Assembly (NCBI GenBank): GCA_050250875.1
Contig: JBFWNV010000002.1
Location: 384,334-448,333 of the forward strand
DNA: 64,000 bases
Reading direction: 5' to 3'
DNA from: Vicinamibacterales bacterium
GTDB taxonomy: Bacteria > Acidobacteriota > Vicinamibacteria > Vicinamibacterales > UBA2999
Each line of letters starts with the position of its first letter. The stretch's first letter is position 1. Position numbers and translations under genes: made by a program. The notes under the pieces were generated by a model that did no database searches, was not told the origin of the DNA, and saw only the letters and a program-made list of their open reading frames with translations. Positions 9,756 to 19,535 of the stretch are shown here, one piece after another.

Positions 9756-10424
9756 ATGCCGTCCATCGCCGCCGCCATCGTGCTCCTCCTCCTGGTGCCA
9801 GGCTCGGCCGCCGCCCAGGCCGGGTCCATCATCGGGACCGTGACGACCGCCGTCCCGGCCCTGCGCCCGCTGCGCGTGACCGCCGATATGAAAGTGTGCG
9901 GCACGCAGTTGCCCGACGAAGCCGTCGCCGTCGGGCCCGGCGGCGTCCTCGCCAACGCCGTCGTCACGCTCACCGGCGTGAAGGTGCGCACGCCGTATCC
10001 AGACCCGCAGGTGGTCAACGAGGGCTGCCGCTTCACGCCTCGGGTCCAGCTGGCCCGTCCGGGGGCGCCGACGAAGACGTTCAGCAAGGATCCGCTGCTG
10101 CACACCACCAACGCCCAGCAGGACGGCGGCCGGACGCTCTTCAACGTCGGCCTGCCGGTGCCGAACCTGGTCGTCACCCGGCCCCTGAACGGCCCCGGGC
10201 TGGTCCGGATCACCTGTAACACCCACACGTGGATGCGCGGCTTCATCGTCGTCACCGACGAGATGGGGGCCGTTACCGGGACCGACGGGCGCTTCCAGCT
10301 GAGCGGCGTGCCGCCGGGCACCTACGAACTCAAGGTGTGGCACGAGATGCTCAAAGCCCCACCCGTGAAGGTCACCGTCACCGCCGGCGGCACCGCCAAG
10401 GTGGCGATCGCCCTGACGCGCTAG
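9756..10424 (+). CDS. Secreted cupredoxin-like protein flanked by carboxypeptidase-regulatory-like segments
   Basis: Signal peptide MPSIAAAIVLLLLVPGSAAAQ. Amicyanin-type copper loop C-x2-H-x2-M (ITCNTHTWM). C-terminal TDGRFQLSGVPPGTYELKVW (CarboxypepD_reg-like). Confidence 0.6.
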   Translation: MPSIAAAIVLLLLVPGSAAAQAGSIIGTVTTAVPALRPLRVTADMKVCGTQLPDEAVAVGPGGVLANAVVTLTGVKVRTPYPDPQVVNEGCRFTPRVQLARPGAPTKTFSKDPLLHTTNAQQDGGRTLFNVGLPVPNLVVTRPLNGPGLVRITCNTHTWMRGFIVVTDEMGAVTGTDGRFQLSGVPPGTYELKVWHEMLKAPPVKVTVTAGGTAKVAIALTR

Positions 10425-10499
10425 GCGGCAACGCGCCAACGACGCGGCACGCGTTTTGTAGAATTGCGGGCAAGCCCGACCATGAGGGAGCCGATGCCG

Positions 10500-11921
10500 A
10501 TGAGCGCCCGCGCCACCCGTTCGACCACGCGGCGACGCCTGCCGTTCGCCGCGGCCGCCGCCGTCCTCGGCCTTGCGGCAACGCTGACCGCCCAGACGGT
10601 CGTCAAGCCGCCGAACAACAAGTACACGCCCGAACAGGACGTGCAGCTCGGCAAGGAAGCGGCGGCCGAGGTGCGCCGGGAGTACCCCATCATCGACGAC
10701 CCGGAGATCGCGGGGTATCTCACCCGCACCGGCACGAGGCTGGTGGAGCAATCGCCGCCGGAGCTGAACCGGCCGGTCTTCGAGTACTCGTTCACGCCGG
10801 TCAACCTCAAGGAAATCAACGCCTTCGCGCTGCCGGGCGGGCCCATGTTCGTCAACCGCGGCATGTTCGACGCCGCCGAGGACGAGGGCGAGGTCGTGGG
10901 TGTGATGGCCCACGAACTGGCGCACGTGCTGCTCCGCCATGGCACCGCCAACGCCACCAAGGCACAGCGCTTCCAGATCGGTGCGATCGCCGGCGCGATC
11001 GCCGGCGCCGTCATCGGCGGCGGCTGGGGCGAGGCGATCTCGCAGGGCTCGCAGTTCGGGCTCGGCGCCTGGCTGCTCAAGTACAGCCGCGAGTACGAGA
11101 AGCAGGCCGACCTGCTCGGCGCGCAGATCATGGCGCGCGCGGGCTACGACCCGCGCGACCTGGCGCGGATGTTCGAGACGATCGAGAAACAGTCCAAGGG
11201 CAACACGCCGCCGCAGTGGCTGAGCAGCCACCCGAATCCGGGCAACCGTTCGCAGTACATCCAGCAGGAAGGCGCCAAGCTGACCATCGCGGCGCGTCCG
11301 AACGGAACGGGCTTCGCGGCCGCCAAGGCGCGTTTCGCCGCGCTGCCGCCGGCCAAGTCGATGACCGACACGACCCGCGCCGGCGGCGGCACCAGCAACG
11401 GCGAAGTCACCTCGGTCGGCACCGTGGGTCAGCCGGTGCCGCCCCCATCGACGCAGTACCGGACCCAACGCGGCGGGCAGCTGTTCCAGGTCAGCGTGCC
11501 GGCCAACTGGACCGGCGTGTCGGGCAGCAATGCCGTCAAGTTCGTGCCGCAGAACGGCCTCGGCCCCTATCAGGGGCAGAGCGTCTTCACCCACGGCGTG
11601 GAGCTGGGCGTGACGCGCGCCTCGTCACGCACCCTGACGCAGGCGCACGAGGCGTTCGTCAACGCCATCCTGCGCTCGAATCCCGGACTTCGCGTGGCCG
11701 AGGCCCAGCGCCAGGTGCGCATTTCGCAGCGCAGCGCCATCGGCACCGTGCTCGTCGGCCCGTCGGCGCTCAACCAGCAGGAACGTGTTGGCGTCTTCAC
11801 CACGTTCCTGGCCGACGGCAATCTCTTCTACTACCTCACGGTCGTAACGGAGCGCGATGCCGAGGTCTTCGGCCCCGCGTTCGACCGCGTCGGCAACTCG
11901 ATTCGCCTGAACGACCGCTGA
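10500..11921 (+). CDS. M48-family zinc metalloprotease (BepA/HtpX-like), secreted
   Basis: HEXXH motif (MAHELAHVLLRH) plus downstream YSREYEKQADLLG. ATG 10500 has AGGGAG 9 nt upstream. In-frame alternatives are 10482 and 10494. TAGAAT at 10459-10464 is a plausible -10. Confidence 0.8.
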   Translation: MSARATRSTTRRRLPFAAAAAVLGLAATLTAQTVVKPPNNKYTPEQDVQLGKEAAAEVRREYPIIDDPEIAGYLTRTGTRLVEQSPPELNRPVFEYSFTPVNLKEINAFALPGGPMFVNRGMFDAAEDEGEVVGVMAHELAHVLLRHGTANATKAQRFQIGAIAGAIAGAVIGGGWGEAISQGSQFGLGAWLLKYSREYEKQADLLGAQIMARAGYDPRDLARMFETIEKQSKGNTPPQWLSSHPNPGNRSQYIQQEGAKLTIAARPNGTGFAAAKARFAALPPAKSMTDTTRAGGGTSNGEVTSVGTVGQPVPPPSTQYRTQRGGQLFQVSVPANWTGVSGSNAVKFVPQNGLGPYQGQSVFTHGVELGVTRASSRTLTQAHEAFVNAILRSNPGLRVAEAQRQVRISQRSAIGTVLVGPSALNQQERVGVFTTFLADGNLFYYLTVVTERDAEVFGPAFDRVGNSIRLNDR

Positions 11922-12020
11922 CGGGGGACAGTCCCGGTTCGAGGCGGAACCAGACGTCGTGCAGTCTCTGCGCGGACGTCCGTGCAGCAGTCTGGTCCCA
12001 TGCGTGAATGGCGACTGTCT

Positions 12021-12701
12021 CTACAGCTCCGCCCAGCGGCGCACCAGGTTGTGGTACACGCCGGTGAGTTGCACGGCGGCGGCCTGCGCGTCAGCCGTCA
12101 GGGGCAGCGAGCGAATCGCCGCGTCGAGCTCGAACAACAGCGTCCGGTCGGCGTCGTTCCGCACCATGCTCTGCAGCCAGAAGAACGAGCACACGCGGGC
12201 GCCGCGGGTCACCGGACGCACGTGGTGCAGGCTGGTGGACGGATACAGCACGAGGTGGCCGGCCGGCAGCTTCACCGCGTGCGTGCCGTAGGTGTCCTCG
12301 ACCACCAGCTCGCCGCCGTCGTACTCGTCGGGCCCGGTGAAGAACAGCGTGCACGACAGGTCGGTGCGGAGGCGATGCGGCGTCCCCGGCACCTGGCGGA
12401 TGGCGTTGTCGACGTGATTGCCGAACGACTGCCCGCCCGCGTAGCGGTTGAACAGCGGAGGGAAGACGTGCAGCGGCAGCGCCGCGGCGATGAACAGCGG
12501 GTGGCGTTGCAGGGCCTGGACGATGATCCCGCCGAGTTCGCGGCCGATCGGATGCCCTTCGGGAATCTGCTGGTTGTCCTTGGCTCGCGCCGACTGCGGA
12601 CCGGCGGTGACCTTGCCGTCCACCCACTCGGCGGCGGCGAGCAGGCGGCGCGCGTGCGCCACCTGCTCGGCCGTGAGGACGTCGGGAATCTGCAGCAGCA
12701 T
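12021..12701 (-). CDS. piuC: Fe(II)/2-oxoglutarate-dependent PKHD-type hydroxylase (PiuC/YbiX family)
   Basis: [14 protein letters not shown]... with HVDNA (HxD) and ...[13 protein letters not shown] motifs. About 226 aa, as in the PiuC family. Starts 7 nt after the receptor stop. Confidence 0.8.
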   Translation of the reverse strand: MLLQIPDVLTAEQVAHARRLLAAAEWVDGKVTAGPQSARAKDNQQIPEGHPIGRELGGIIVQALQRHPLFIAAALPLHVFPPLFNRYAGGQSFGNHVDNAIRQVPGTPHRLRTDLSCTLFFTGPDEYDGGELVVEDTYGTHAVKLPAGHLVLYPSTSLHHVRPVTRGARVCSFFWLQSMVRNDADRTLLFELDAAIRSLPLTADAQAAAVQLTGVYHNLVRRWAEL

Positions 12702-12708
12702 CGCGCGC

Positions 12709-15180
12709 TCAGAAGCCGATCTGCGTGCTGAGCAGCAGGGCCCGCCTGAATCCCGGGTTGTAGCGTCCGCCGTTGTTGTTGACACTGCGGATGTAGACCT
12801 CGTCGGTGAGGTTGTAGCCGTTCAGGCGCAGCGTCAGGTGGGCGTTGACCGCGTAGGACGCCACGGCATCGACCAGATGGCAGGCCGGCACCGAGATGGT
12901 ATTGGCCGTGTTGACGAAGACCCGGTCTGAGAAGCGGACGCCGCCGCCGGCGGTGAAGCCACGCACCGCGTAGGTCGTCCACAGGCTGCCCGACCATTCG
13001 GGCATGAGGGTCAGCTGACGTCCGTCGGTGGCGACGGCCTGCGAGTCCTGCCTGCCGTCGAGCCAGGCAGTGTTGGCCATGACGCTCCACCGATCGGTGA
13101 TCTGGCCGACCAGCCCGATGGTGGCGCCGTGCAAGATCTGGGCATCGTCCTGGTTGAAGAGCGGCGGCACGGTCGTGGCGTCGATCGTGTAGATGACGTT
13201 CTCGTTGCGGGTGTCGAACCACGCCGCCGTCGCCGACAGCCGACGCCGTAACAGATCCCACTTGGCGCCGACCTCGAGGTGGCGCGAGATCTGCGGCGCG
13301 ACGTTGGGATTGTTGGCGTTGTTGGATTGGGCGCTGAGCGCGAAGTTGCCGGACCCGGGCGGCGTGACGGTGCGGCCGTAGGAGGCGTAGAGGTTGGCCG
13401 CCGGCGTCAGCGGGAACAGCACCCCGGCCTTGCCGCTGACAATCGTGTCGGCGGCGTCGAGGTCGGTGCGGAGGCCGGTCGTCGCCACGGCACGGTACAC
13501 GGTGTCGTAGCGCTCGACGCGGAGGCCCCCGTTCAGCTGCAGACGGCCGAGGGTGGCGACGTCGAAGGCCGACAGCGCCAGCGTCCGTGTCGTCGCCTCG
13601 GTGGTCGCGCCACTTGGCCGCGGCGCGAAGTCGGCGATCGGCGCGAATGGATTCGGCGTGTAAACGCTGTCGGCCGCGCGCGTACCACCGCCGGTCAGCC
13701 CAGGAGCCGAGTAGTCCTCGCTGGTCAGCTCGACGCCGATGGTCAGCGCATGCGCGACACGGCCGGTGGTCAGCCGGCCGGTCACGGCGGTCTGGTTCGA
13801 CAGGATGCGGTTCTCGCGACGGTTCACCTGACGGCTGAAGGTGACCGTCTCGGTCTCCGGCAGGTAGCTGGCCACCGACTGGATCGCGGTGACGACGGCC
13901 TCGCGCGTCGTCTCGTTGACGCGCGTCTGGTTGCGCACCGACCAGCGGGCCGACAGATCGTGTTCGACGCGCCCGGTGACGCTGGCCTGTCGGGCCTCGT
14001 CGTAGTCGTAGTCGGGCGAGCCGTAATAGGTGTCCTGCGCGACCGGGCGCGTCGTGAGTACCGTCGTCGGCGTCAGCGGCTGGTCCCAGGCCGCTCCCGG
14101 GATTCCGTAGTCCGGCAAGCTGTCCTGCCGTGTGAACTGCCCTTGCAGCACGACGCGGGTCGGGGTTCCCAGCCCCATCGCCACGCTCGGGGCGATCGCC
14201 TTACGCCCGCTCTCGACGTAGTCGCGGCCGGCGACGCCGCCGTCCTGCCACAGCGCGTTCAGCCGCACCGACGTGCCGGCCAGCCAGCGACCCGGCTCGC
14301 CGATCGGCAACTGCGCGTTGAGATCGGCGGTCGCCCGCCGTGCTTCCGCCGACCCGTAGCTCACGGTGGCGATGTGGGCGTTGCCCAGGTGCGGCGCCTT
14401 GGTGGTCATGTTGACGTAGCCGGCGGCATTGCCGCGGCCGACGTCCGCGCCGGTCGGGCCGAGGTAGACCTCGACCTGCTCGAGATTGAAGACGTCACGC
14501 GTGACCAGGCCATCGTCGCGGACGTTGTCGACGAACAGGCTGTTGGCGGCCGAGAAGCCGCGCATGTTGAACATGTCGCCGGCGGTGCCCGAGGCGCCGC
14601 CGCCTTCGCCGGCCTGCAGCGTGATACCCGGCACGTTGCGCATCGCGTCCGACAGCGTGAACGACCCCTGCTCGGCCATCGCGGCGTGCGGAATCACCTG
14701 AATGGTCTGCGGCGTGGCCGCCAGCGTCGTCGCGTACTTGGGCGACTCGACCCGCGGCAGACGGCCGGTGACCTCGACCGACTCGCGGACACCACGCACG
14801 TCGATCACGAAGACGCCGTCGTCGCGTCGCGTCGCCGCCAGGGAGGTGCCGTCGAGCAGGGCGGCGAATGCCGCCTCGATGGTGTACGCACCGGACACGC
14901 CCGGCGAGGTCATCATGCCGACCGTGTCGGCCGGCAACTGCACCACGACACTGAGACCGGTGGCGGCCTCGAGGGCGCGGATGGCCGAGTCGAGTGGCCC
15001 GGCGGCGATGTCGACGCGGACCAGCGTGGTGTCGCGCACCGCCGGCGTCGGCTGGGCGACCTGGGCGCCGGCCGGGGCGGCGGCCAGCGCCGCCGACATC
15101 ACGAGCGCACTGATCGAGAAGAAACGGACGGCGCCGCGCCTGCGGGGGCGGCGGAACGGACGAACCGGACGACGGAGCAT
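12709..15180 (-). CDS. TonB-dependent siderophore receptor with N-terminal STN signalling domain
   Basis: ATG 15180. Signal peptide ...[13 protein letters not shown]-like segment [27 protein letters not shown]...[24 protein letters not shown]. Plug ([20 protein letters not shown]). C-terminal ...STQIGF. Confidence 0.9.
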   Translation of the reverse strand: MLRRPVRPFRRPRRRGAVRFFSISALVMSAALAAAPAGAQVAQPTPAVRDTTLVRVDIAAGPLDSAIRALEAATGLSVVVQLPADTVGMMTSPGVSGAYTIEAAFAALLDGTSLAATRRDDGVFVIDVRGVRESVEVTGRLPRVESPKYATTLAATPQTIQVIPHAAMAEQGSFTLSDAMRNVPGITLQAGEGGGASGTAGDMFNMRGFSAANSLFVDNVRDDGLVTRDVFNLEQVEVYLGPTGADVGRGNAAGYVNMTTKAPHLGNAHIATVSYGSAEARRATADLNAQLPIGEPGRWLAGTSVRLNALWQDGGVAGRDYVESGRKAIAPSVAMGLGTPTRVVLQGQFTRQDSLPDYGIPGAAWDQPLTPTTVLTTRPVAQDTYYGSPDYDYDEARQASVTGRVEHDLSARWSVRNQTRVNETTREAVVTAIQSVASYLPETETVTFSRQVNRRENRILSNQTAVTGRLTTGRVAHALTIGVELTSEDYSAPGLTGGGTRAADSVYTPNPFAPIADFAPRPSGATTEATTRTLALSAFDVATLGRLQLNGGLRVERYDTVYRAVATTGLRTDLDAADTIVSGKAGVLFPLTPAANLYASYGRTVTPPGSGNFALSAQSNNANNPNVAPQISRHLEVGAKWDLLRRRLSATAAWFDTRNENVIYTIDATTVPPLFNQDDAQILHGATIGLVGQITDRWSVMANTAWLDGRQDSQAVATDGRQLTLMPEWSGSLWTTYAVRGFTAGGGVRFSDRVFVNTANTISVPACHLVDAVASYAVNAHLTLRLNGYNLTDEVYIRSVNNNGGRYNPGFRRALLLSTQIGF

Positions 15181-15244
15181 GGCCTGACCACGAACCTTCC
15201 TGACGCTGTACCGAGAACCCGACGCTGAGTGACGAGTGCGAGCG

Positions 15245-16459
15245 CTACGCCGCCTGGCGGTTGTCGCGCACTGGCGAGCGGCGACGCATCCACGCCCACC
15301 ACCGCCGCAGCGCGAGGGCGATGCCCGTATAGACCAGCACGGCGCCACCGGCCGAGACCAGCCCGGCGATGGTCTGGCCGGGCAGACCGTAGATCTCGCC
15401 AGTGTGGGCGAAGCGCAGCCAGCTGCGCAGCTGGCGGCCCGGCCCGAGGTCGTCGAACGTCTCGCGTTTCTGGATCGCCGTCGACGCCCGATCGATCGTG
15501 ACCGTCGTCCGGTACTGCGGCTGGCCGCCGTAGCCCCGATCGACCGTCAGCACGAACGGCGCGGCCGGCGGGCCACCCAGGCGGGTGCCGATCGTGCGCC
15601 ATCCGGGCACGTCGGCCTGGGCGGCCGTCCAGGCGGCGTCGAGTCCGCGGACGTCGAGGGCGCGCGGCTCACGGTCGCCACGACGCTCGCGGTCGCCGCG
15701 GGCCGGAGGCGCTCCCCCGGGACCGCCAGGCCCGCCGGGCGGCCCCGGCCGGGCCGCGGCCTGTGGCGGCGCCTCGCCGGCGATGCGGAACACGAGGTTG
15801 CCGGCCCACGAGTAGGAGATCGGCACGGCGCCGGCGACCACGATCGCCAGCGGCACGGCCGACCAGATCCCGATCACGTTGTGCCAGTTGAAGTCGCGCG
15901 CCTTGGCCGCCAGGCCGGCGCGGAACCACAACACCTGCTTGAACTGGACCCACGACCGAACACGCGGCAGCCAGAGGTACATCCCGCTCACCACGATGAA
16001 GAGGAAGCCGAGGTTCGCCGCGCCGGTGATGGCCTTGCCGGTGCCGCGGCTGACGCCCTCGAGCGCCAGCCAACGGTGCCAGCTGGTCATGCTGCGGAAA
16101 AAGGCCCGCAGCCCGGGCGACGGCTCACCCAGGACGGCGCCGGTGTAGGGGTCGACCAGCCGGGCCCGGCCACCCTCGAACGTGACCGTAACCGGCGCGC
16201 GCCGGTCGGCCCGCATCGTCATCCCGGTGGGTGCCGCCCCCGCCTCGGCAGCGGCCACCGACGCCAGCAGCGTCTCTGGCGGCAGCGGCCGCGCGTCGGC
16301 CGGAAGCGGCACCGACCCGGATCGGCGATCGGCCCACTCGAGCATCTGTTTCTCGTAGGTCAGGACCACGCCGGTCACGCACATCAGGAGGATGACGGCT
16401 CCCGCCACGCCGCCGGTGACGAGGTGCATCCAGAACAGGACGGTTCGGAAAGGCTTCAT
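15245..16459 (-). CDS. PepSY-associated transmembrane protein (PiuB-like iron-uptake factor)
   Basis: MKPFRTVLFWMHLVTGGVAGAVILLMCVTGVVLTYEKQ... and C-terminal ...LRFAHTGEIYGLPGQTIAGLVSAGGAVLVYTG are typical of PepSY_TM proteins. Confidence 0.8.
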   Translation of the reverse strand: MKPFRTVLFWMHLVTGGVAGAVILLMCVTGVVLTYEKQMLEWADRRSGSVPLPADARPLPPETLLASVAAAEAGAAPTGMTMRADRRAPVTVTFEGGRARLVDPYTGAVLGEPSPGLRAFFRSMTSWHRWLALEGVSRGTGKAITGAANLGFLFIVVSGMYLWLPRVRSWVQFKQVLWFRAGLAAKARDFNWHNVIGIWSAVPLAIVVAGAVPISYSWAGNLVFRIAGEAPPQAAARPGPPGGPGGPGGAPPARGDRERRGDREPRALDVRGLDAAWTAAQADVPGWRTIGTRLGGPPAAPFVLTVDRGYGGQPQYRTTVTIDRASTAIQKRETFDDLGPGRQLRSWLRFAHTGEIYGLPGQTIAGLVSAGGAVLVYTGIALALRRWWAWMRRRSPVRDNRQAA

Positions 16460-16469
16460 GGCGTAAAAC

Positions 16470-16484
16470 TGAGACTCCGTCTCA
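16470..16484. promoter_or_regulatory. Palindromic operator candidate TGAGAC-TCC-GTCTCA
   Basis: Perfect 6-bp arms. Located 11 nt upstream of the PepSY start codon on the minus strand. Outer positions match the 7-1-7 Fur box TGATAATnATTATCA. Confidence 0.45.
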
Positions 16485-16533
16485 GAAACTGCGCCAGTCT
16501 ATCGGCGACCAGATCGGTCGGTCAAGCAGAAAA

Positions 16534-16548
16534 TGAGATCGCGTCTCA
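16534..16548. promoter_or_regulatory. Second operator candidate TGAGAT-CGC-GTCTCA
   Basis: Same half-sites and spacing as 16470-16484, with centres 64 bp apart. Abuts the -35 position of the plus-strand TAGAAT promoter. Confidence 0.45.
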
Positions 16549-16571
16549 CAATTGCCGCCCGGCGGGGTGGT

Positions 16572-16577
16572 TAGAAT
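16572..16577 (+). promoter_or_regulatory. -10 box TAGAAT, 6 nt upstream of GTG 16584 (leaderless-type geometry)
   Basis: The sequence reads ggttAGAATgccggaGTG. The same arrangement recurs at 24569 and 27324, and on the minus strand at 22456-22461. Confidence 0.35.
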
Positions 16578-16583
16578 GCCGGA

Positions 16584-17693
16584 GTGACGAAACCCCTCCT
16601 GCTCGTCCTGGCCGCAGCGACGGCAACTGCCACGCTGACGGCGCAATCGTCTCCGGCGCCCTATCAGGAGCGGGACTTCCTGTCGCGGGTGCGGCGGCTG
16701 ACGGTCGAGGGCCGGCGCGCCGGCGAAGGCTACTGGTCGCCCGACGGGAAGCGGCTCGTGCTGCAGAGCGAACGCGAGCCGGGCAACCCCTTCTATCAGA
16801 TGTACGTGATGGACCTGACCACCGGCGACGCGACGCGCATCTCGCCGGGGCTGGGCAAGACGACCTGCGGCTTCTTCCGGCCGGGCAGCGACCAGATCCT
16901 GTTCGCCTCCACGCACCACGACCCGAAGTCGAAGCAGTACCAGGACGAGGAGCTGGCCTTTCGGGCCTCGGGCAAGGAGCGCCGCTATGCCTGGGACTAC
17001 GACCCCGAGATGGAGATCTACGCCTACGCCGAGAAGACCAGGGCGCTGACCCGCCTCACCAGCGTGCGCGGCTACGATGCCGAAGCGGGATACTCGCCTG
17101 ACGGCCAGTGGATCGTGTTCAGTTCGACACGCGCCGGCTACGACCACGCGCTGTCGCCCGCCGAGGAAAAGCAGCTGGCGACGGACCCGAGCTGGTTCGC
17201 CGAGATCTACATCATGAAGGCCGACGGCTCCGACCAGCGGCGGCTGACCACGACGCCCGGCTACGACGGCGGGCCGTTCTTCACCCCTGACGGCAAGAAG
17301 GTGCTGTGGCGCCGCTTCGACGAGCAGGGACTCATCGCCGACGTCTGGACGATGAATCCGGACGGCAGTGACAAGCGGCAGATCACCGACTTCAAGGCGA
17401 TGAGCTGGGCGCCGTACATGCACGTCTCGGGCGAGTACATCCTGTTCGCCTCGAACAAGCTCGGCTTCGAGAACTTCGAGATCTTCATGGTCGACGCCGC
17501 TGGCGCCAAGGAGCCCGTACGGGTCACCTACTCCGACGGCTTCGACGGACTGCCGGTGCCGTCGCCCGACGGCACGCAGCTCGCCTTCACGTCGTCGCGC
17601 AGCGGCGGCGGGGCCGGCCAGATCTTCCTGGCCCAGTGGAACCACCAGAAGGCCCTCGAGGCCATCCGCAACGCGCCGCCGCGCACGCACTGA
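16584..17693 (+). CDS. TolB-like beta-propeller (PD40/WD40-like repeat) protein, secreted
   Basis: Signal peptide MTKPLLLVLAAATATATLTAQ. Repeated PD40 signatures (YWSPDGKRLV, GYSPDGQWIVFSS, FFTPDGKKVLW, PSPDGTQLAFTS). Confidence 0.8.
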   Translation: MTKPLLLVLAAATATATLTAQSSPAPYQERDFLSRVRRLTVEGRRAGEGYWSPDGKRLVLQSEREPGNPFYQMYVMDLTTGDATRISPGLGKTTCGFFRPGSDQILFASTHHDPKSKQYQDEELAFRASGKERRYAWDYDPEMEIYAYAEKTRALTRLTSVRGYDAEAGYSPDGQWIVFSSTRAGYDHALSPAEEKQLATDPSWFAEIYIMKADGSDQRRLTTTPGYDGGPFFTPDGKKVLWRRFDEQGLIADVWTMNPDGSDKRQITDFKAMSWAPYMHVSGEYILFASNKLGFENFEIFMVDAAGAKEPVRVTYSDGFDGLPVPSPDGTQLAFTSSRSGGGAGQIFLAQWNHQKALEAIRNAPPRTH

Positions 17694-17700
17694 GGACGCC

Positions 17701-19533
17701 ATGCCGACGCTGTCCCGATCGCTCACACTGGCCGCCGTGATCGCCCTGGCGGCGGTCGACAGCCGCGCCCAGTCCGCCGCCCCGTCGAGGACCCGCGTCG
17801 ATGTCGAGGTGCTGGCCTCCGAGCGGCTCGCCGGCCGGCAGGCCGGCGCCGAGGGCGCACGGCTCGCCGCCGATCACCTCGTGGCCGAGCTGAGGAAGAT
17901 GGGGGCGCGGCCGCTGCCGGGCCAGCAGGACTTCCGCCTGCCGTTCAGCTTCACGGCCGGGGTGAAGGACGGCGGCACGACGCTGCAGGTCACCGCGCCA
18001 GCCGACGGTGACGCCCGCGGCGTGGCGCAGTTCGACACCGTGCGCCAGGTGCAGGCGCTGTCGTTCTCGGACAACGCCGAAGTGAGCGGCGCCGCCGTCT
18101 TCGCCGGCTACGGCCTGGTCGTGCCCGAGTCGCAGAACTTCGGCTACGACAGCTACGCGACACTCGACGTCAAGGACAAGGTCGTCGTCGTCCTGCGCTA
18201 CTTCCCCGAGGACGCCGACCAGAAGACCCGCACCATCCTGTCGCGCTACGCCGACCTGCGCTACAAGGCAATGCAGGCACGGCAGCGCGGCGCCAAAGCC
18301 CTGCTGGTCGTGACCGGACCGCGCTCGCCGAACGCCGGCGAGACGATTCCGATGAGCTTCGACACGGCGCTCGCCGGTTCGGGCATCGTCGCCGCCAGCG
18401 TGTCGGCCGACGCCGCCAGAGCGCTGTTCGCCGGGGTGGCCGATCGGTCGCTCGAGGACATCCAGAAGTCGTTCGACTCCGGCAACCCGCACACCGCCGG
18501 CTTCGCGCTGCCGGGCGTGACCGTCACCGTGAAGACCGCGGTAGTGCGCGAGAAGCAGGAAGGCTTCAACGTCGCCGGCTATCTGCCGGCGACGGCACGG
18601 ATAGCGCTGCCGAAGCCGTGGGTGGCGCTGGGCGCCCACTACGACCACCTCGGGCGCGGCAGCCACGGCAACTCGCTCGCCGCCAAGGAGGACGCCGGCA
18701 AGGTCCATCACGGCGCCGACGACAACGCCTCGGGCACCGCTGCAGTGCTCGCCGCCGGGCGGGCCCTGGCCACGGGCCAGCGGGCCCGCCATGTGCTTCT
18801 CGCCTTCTGGTCAGCCGAGGAGATCGGCCTCATCGGCTCCAACGCCTACGTCACCACGCCGCCGGTGCCGAACGATCAGCTCGCCGCCTACTTCAACTTC
18901 GACATGGTCGGGCGGATGCAGGACAACAAACTCACGGTCCAGGCGGTCGGGACCAGCCCCGGCTGGCGGACGCTCATCGAGCGCGCCAACGTCGCTGCCG
19001 GCTTCGACCTGGTGCTCCAGGACGACCCGTATCAGCCGACCGACGTCGCCAGCTTCAACGCCGCCGGCGTGCCCAGCCTCGCCTTCTTCACCGGCACCCA
19101 CGTCGACTACCATAAGCCGAGCGACACCGCCGACAAGATCAACTACGAGGATCTCGACCGGGTGGTCGACTTCGCCGTCACGCTGGCCAGGCGCGTCGGC
19201 CAGCAGGACGAGACGCTGGCGTTCGCCAAGGTCGATCAGGTGCAGCAGGGCGGCGGGCGGGCCGGCGTTCGGATCTTCACCGGCACCATTCCCGATTACG
19301 CGACCGACGTGAAGGGCCTGCTGCTCGGCGGCGTAATCGGCGGCGGTCCTGCCGAACAGGCCGGGCTGCAGAAGGGCGACGTGGTGATCCAGCTCGGCGA
19401 GCAGACCATCGCCAACATCTACGACTACACCTACGCGCTCGAGGCCCTCAAAGTGAACCAGCCGGTCAGGGTGATCTACATGCGTGGCAGCGAACGGCGC
19501 GAGACCACACTCACGCCGTCGGCACGCAAGTAG
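17701..19533 (+). CDS. M28-family peptidase with PA domain and C-terminal PDZ domain, secreted
   Basis: Signal peptide ...LAAVDSRAQS. M28 ligand motifs (GAHYDHLG, GADDNASGTA, SAEEIGLIGS). PDZ-like C-terminus (GGPAEQAGLQKGDVVIQLGEQTI). Starts 7 nt after the propeller gene. Confidence 0.85.
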   Translation: MPTLSRSLTLAAVIALAAVDSRAQSAAPSRTRVDVEVLASERLAGRQAGAEGARLAADHLVAELRKMGARPLPGQQDFRLPFSFTAGVKDGGTTLQVTAPADGDARGVAQFDTVRQVQALSFSDNAEVSGAAVFAGYGLVVPESQNFGYDSYATLDVKDKVVVVLRYFPEDADQKTRTILSRYADLRYKAMQARQRGAKALLVVTGPRSPNAGETIPMSFDTALAGSGIVAASVSADAARALFAGVADRSLEDIQKSFDSGNPHTAGFALPGVTVTVKTAVVREKQEGFNVAGYLPATARIALPKPWVALGAHYDHLGRGSHGNSLAAKEDAGKVHHGADDNASGTAAVLAAGRALATGQRARHVLLAFWSAEEIGLIGSNAYVTTPPVPNDQLAAYFNFDMVGRMQDNKLTVQAVGTSPGWRTLIERANVAAGFDLVLQDDPYQPTDVASFNAAGVPSLAFFTGTHVDYHKPSDTADKINYEDLDRVVDFAVTLARRVGQQDETLAFAKVDQVQQGGGRAGVRIFTGTIPDYATDVKGLLLGGVIGGGPAEQAGLQKGDVVIQLGEQTIANIYDYTYALEALKVNQPVRVIYMRGSERRETTLTPSARK

Positions 19534-19535
19534 GA

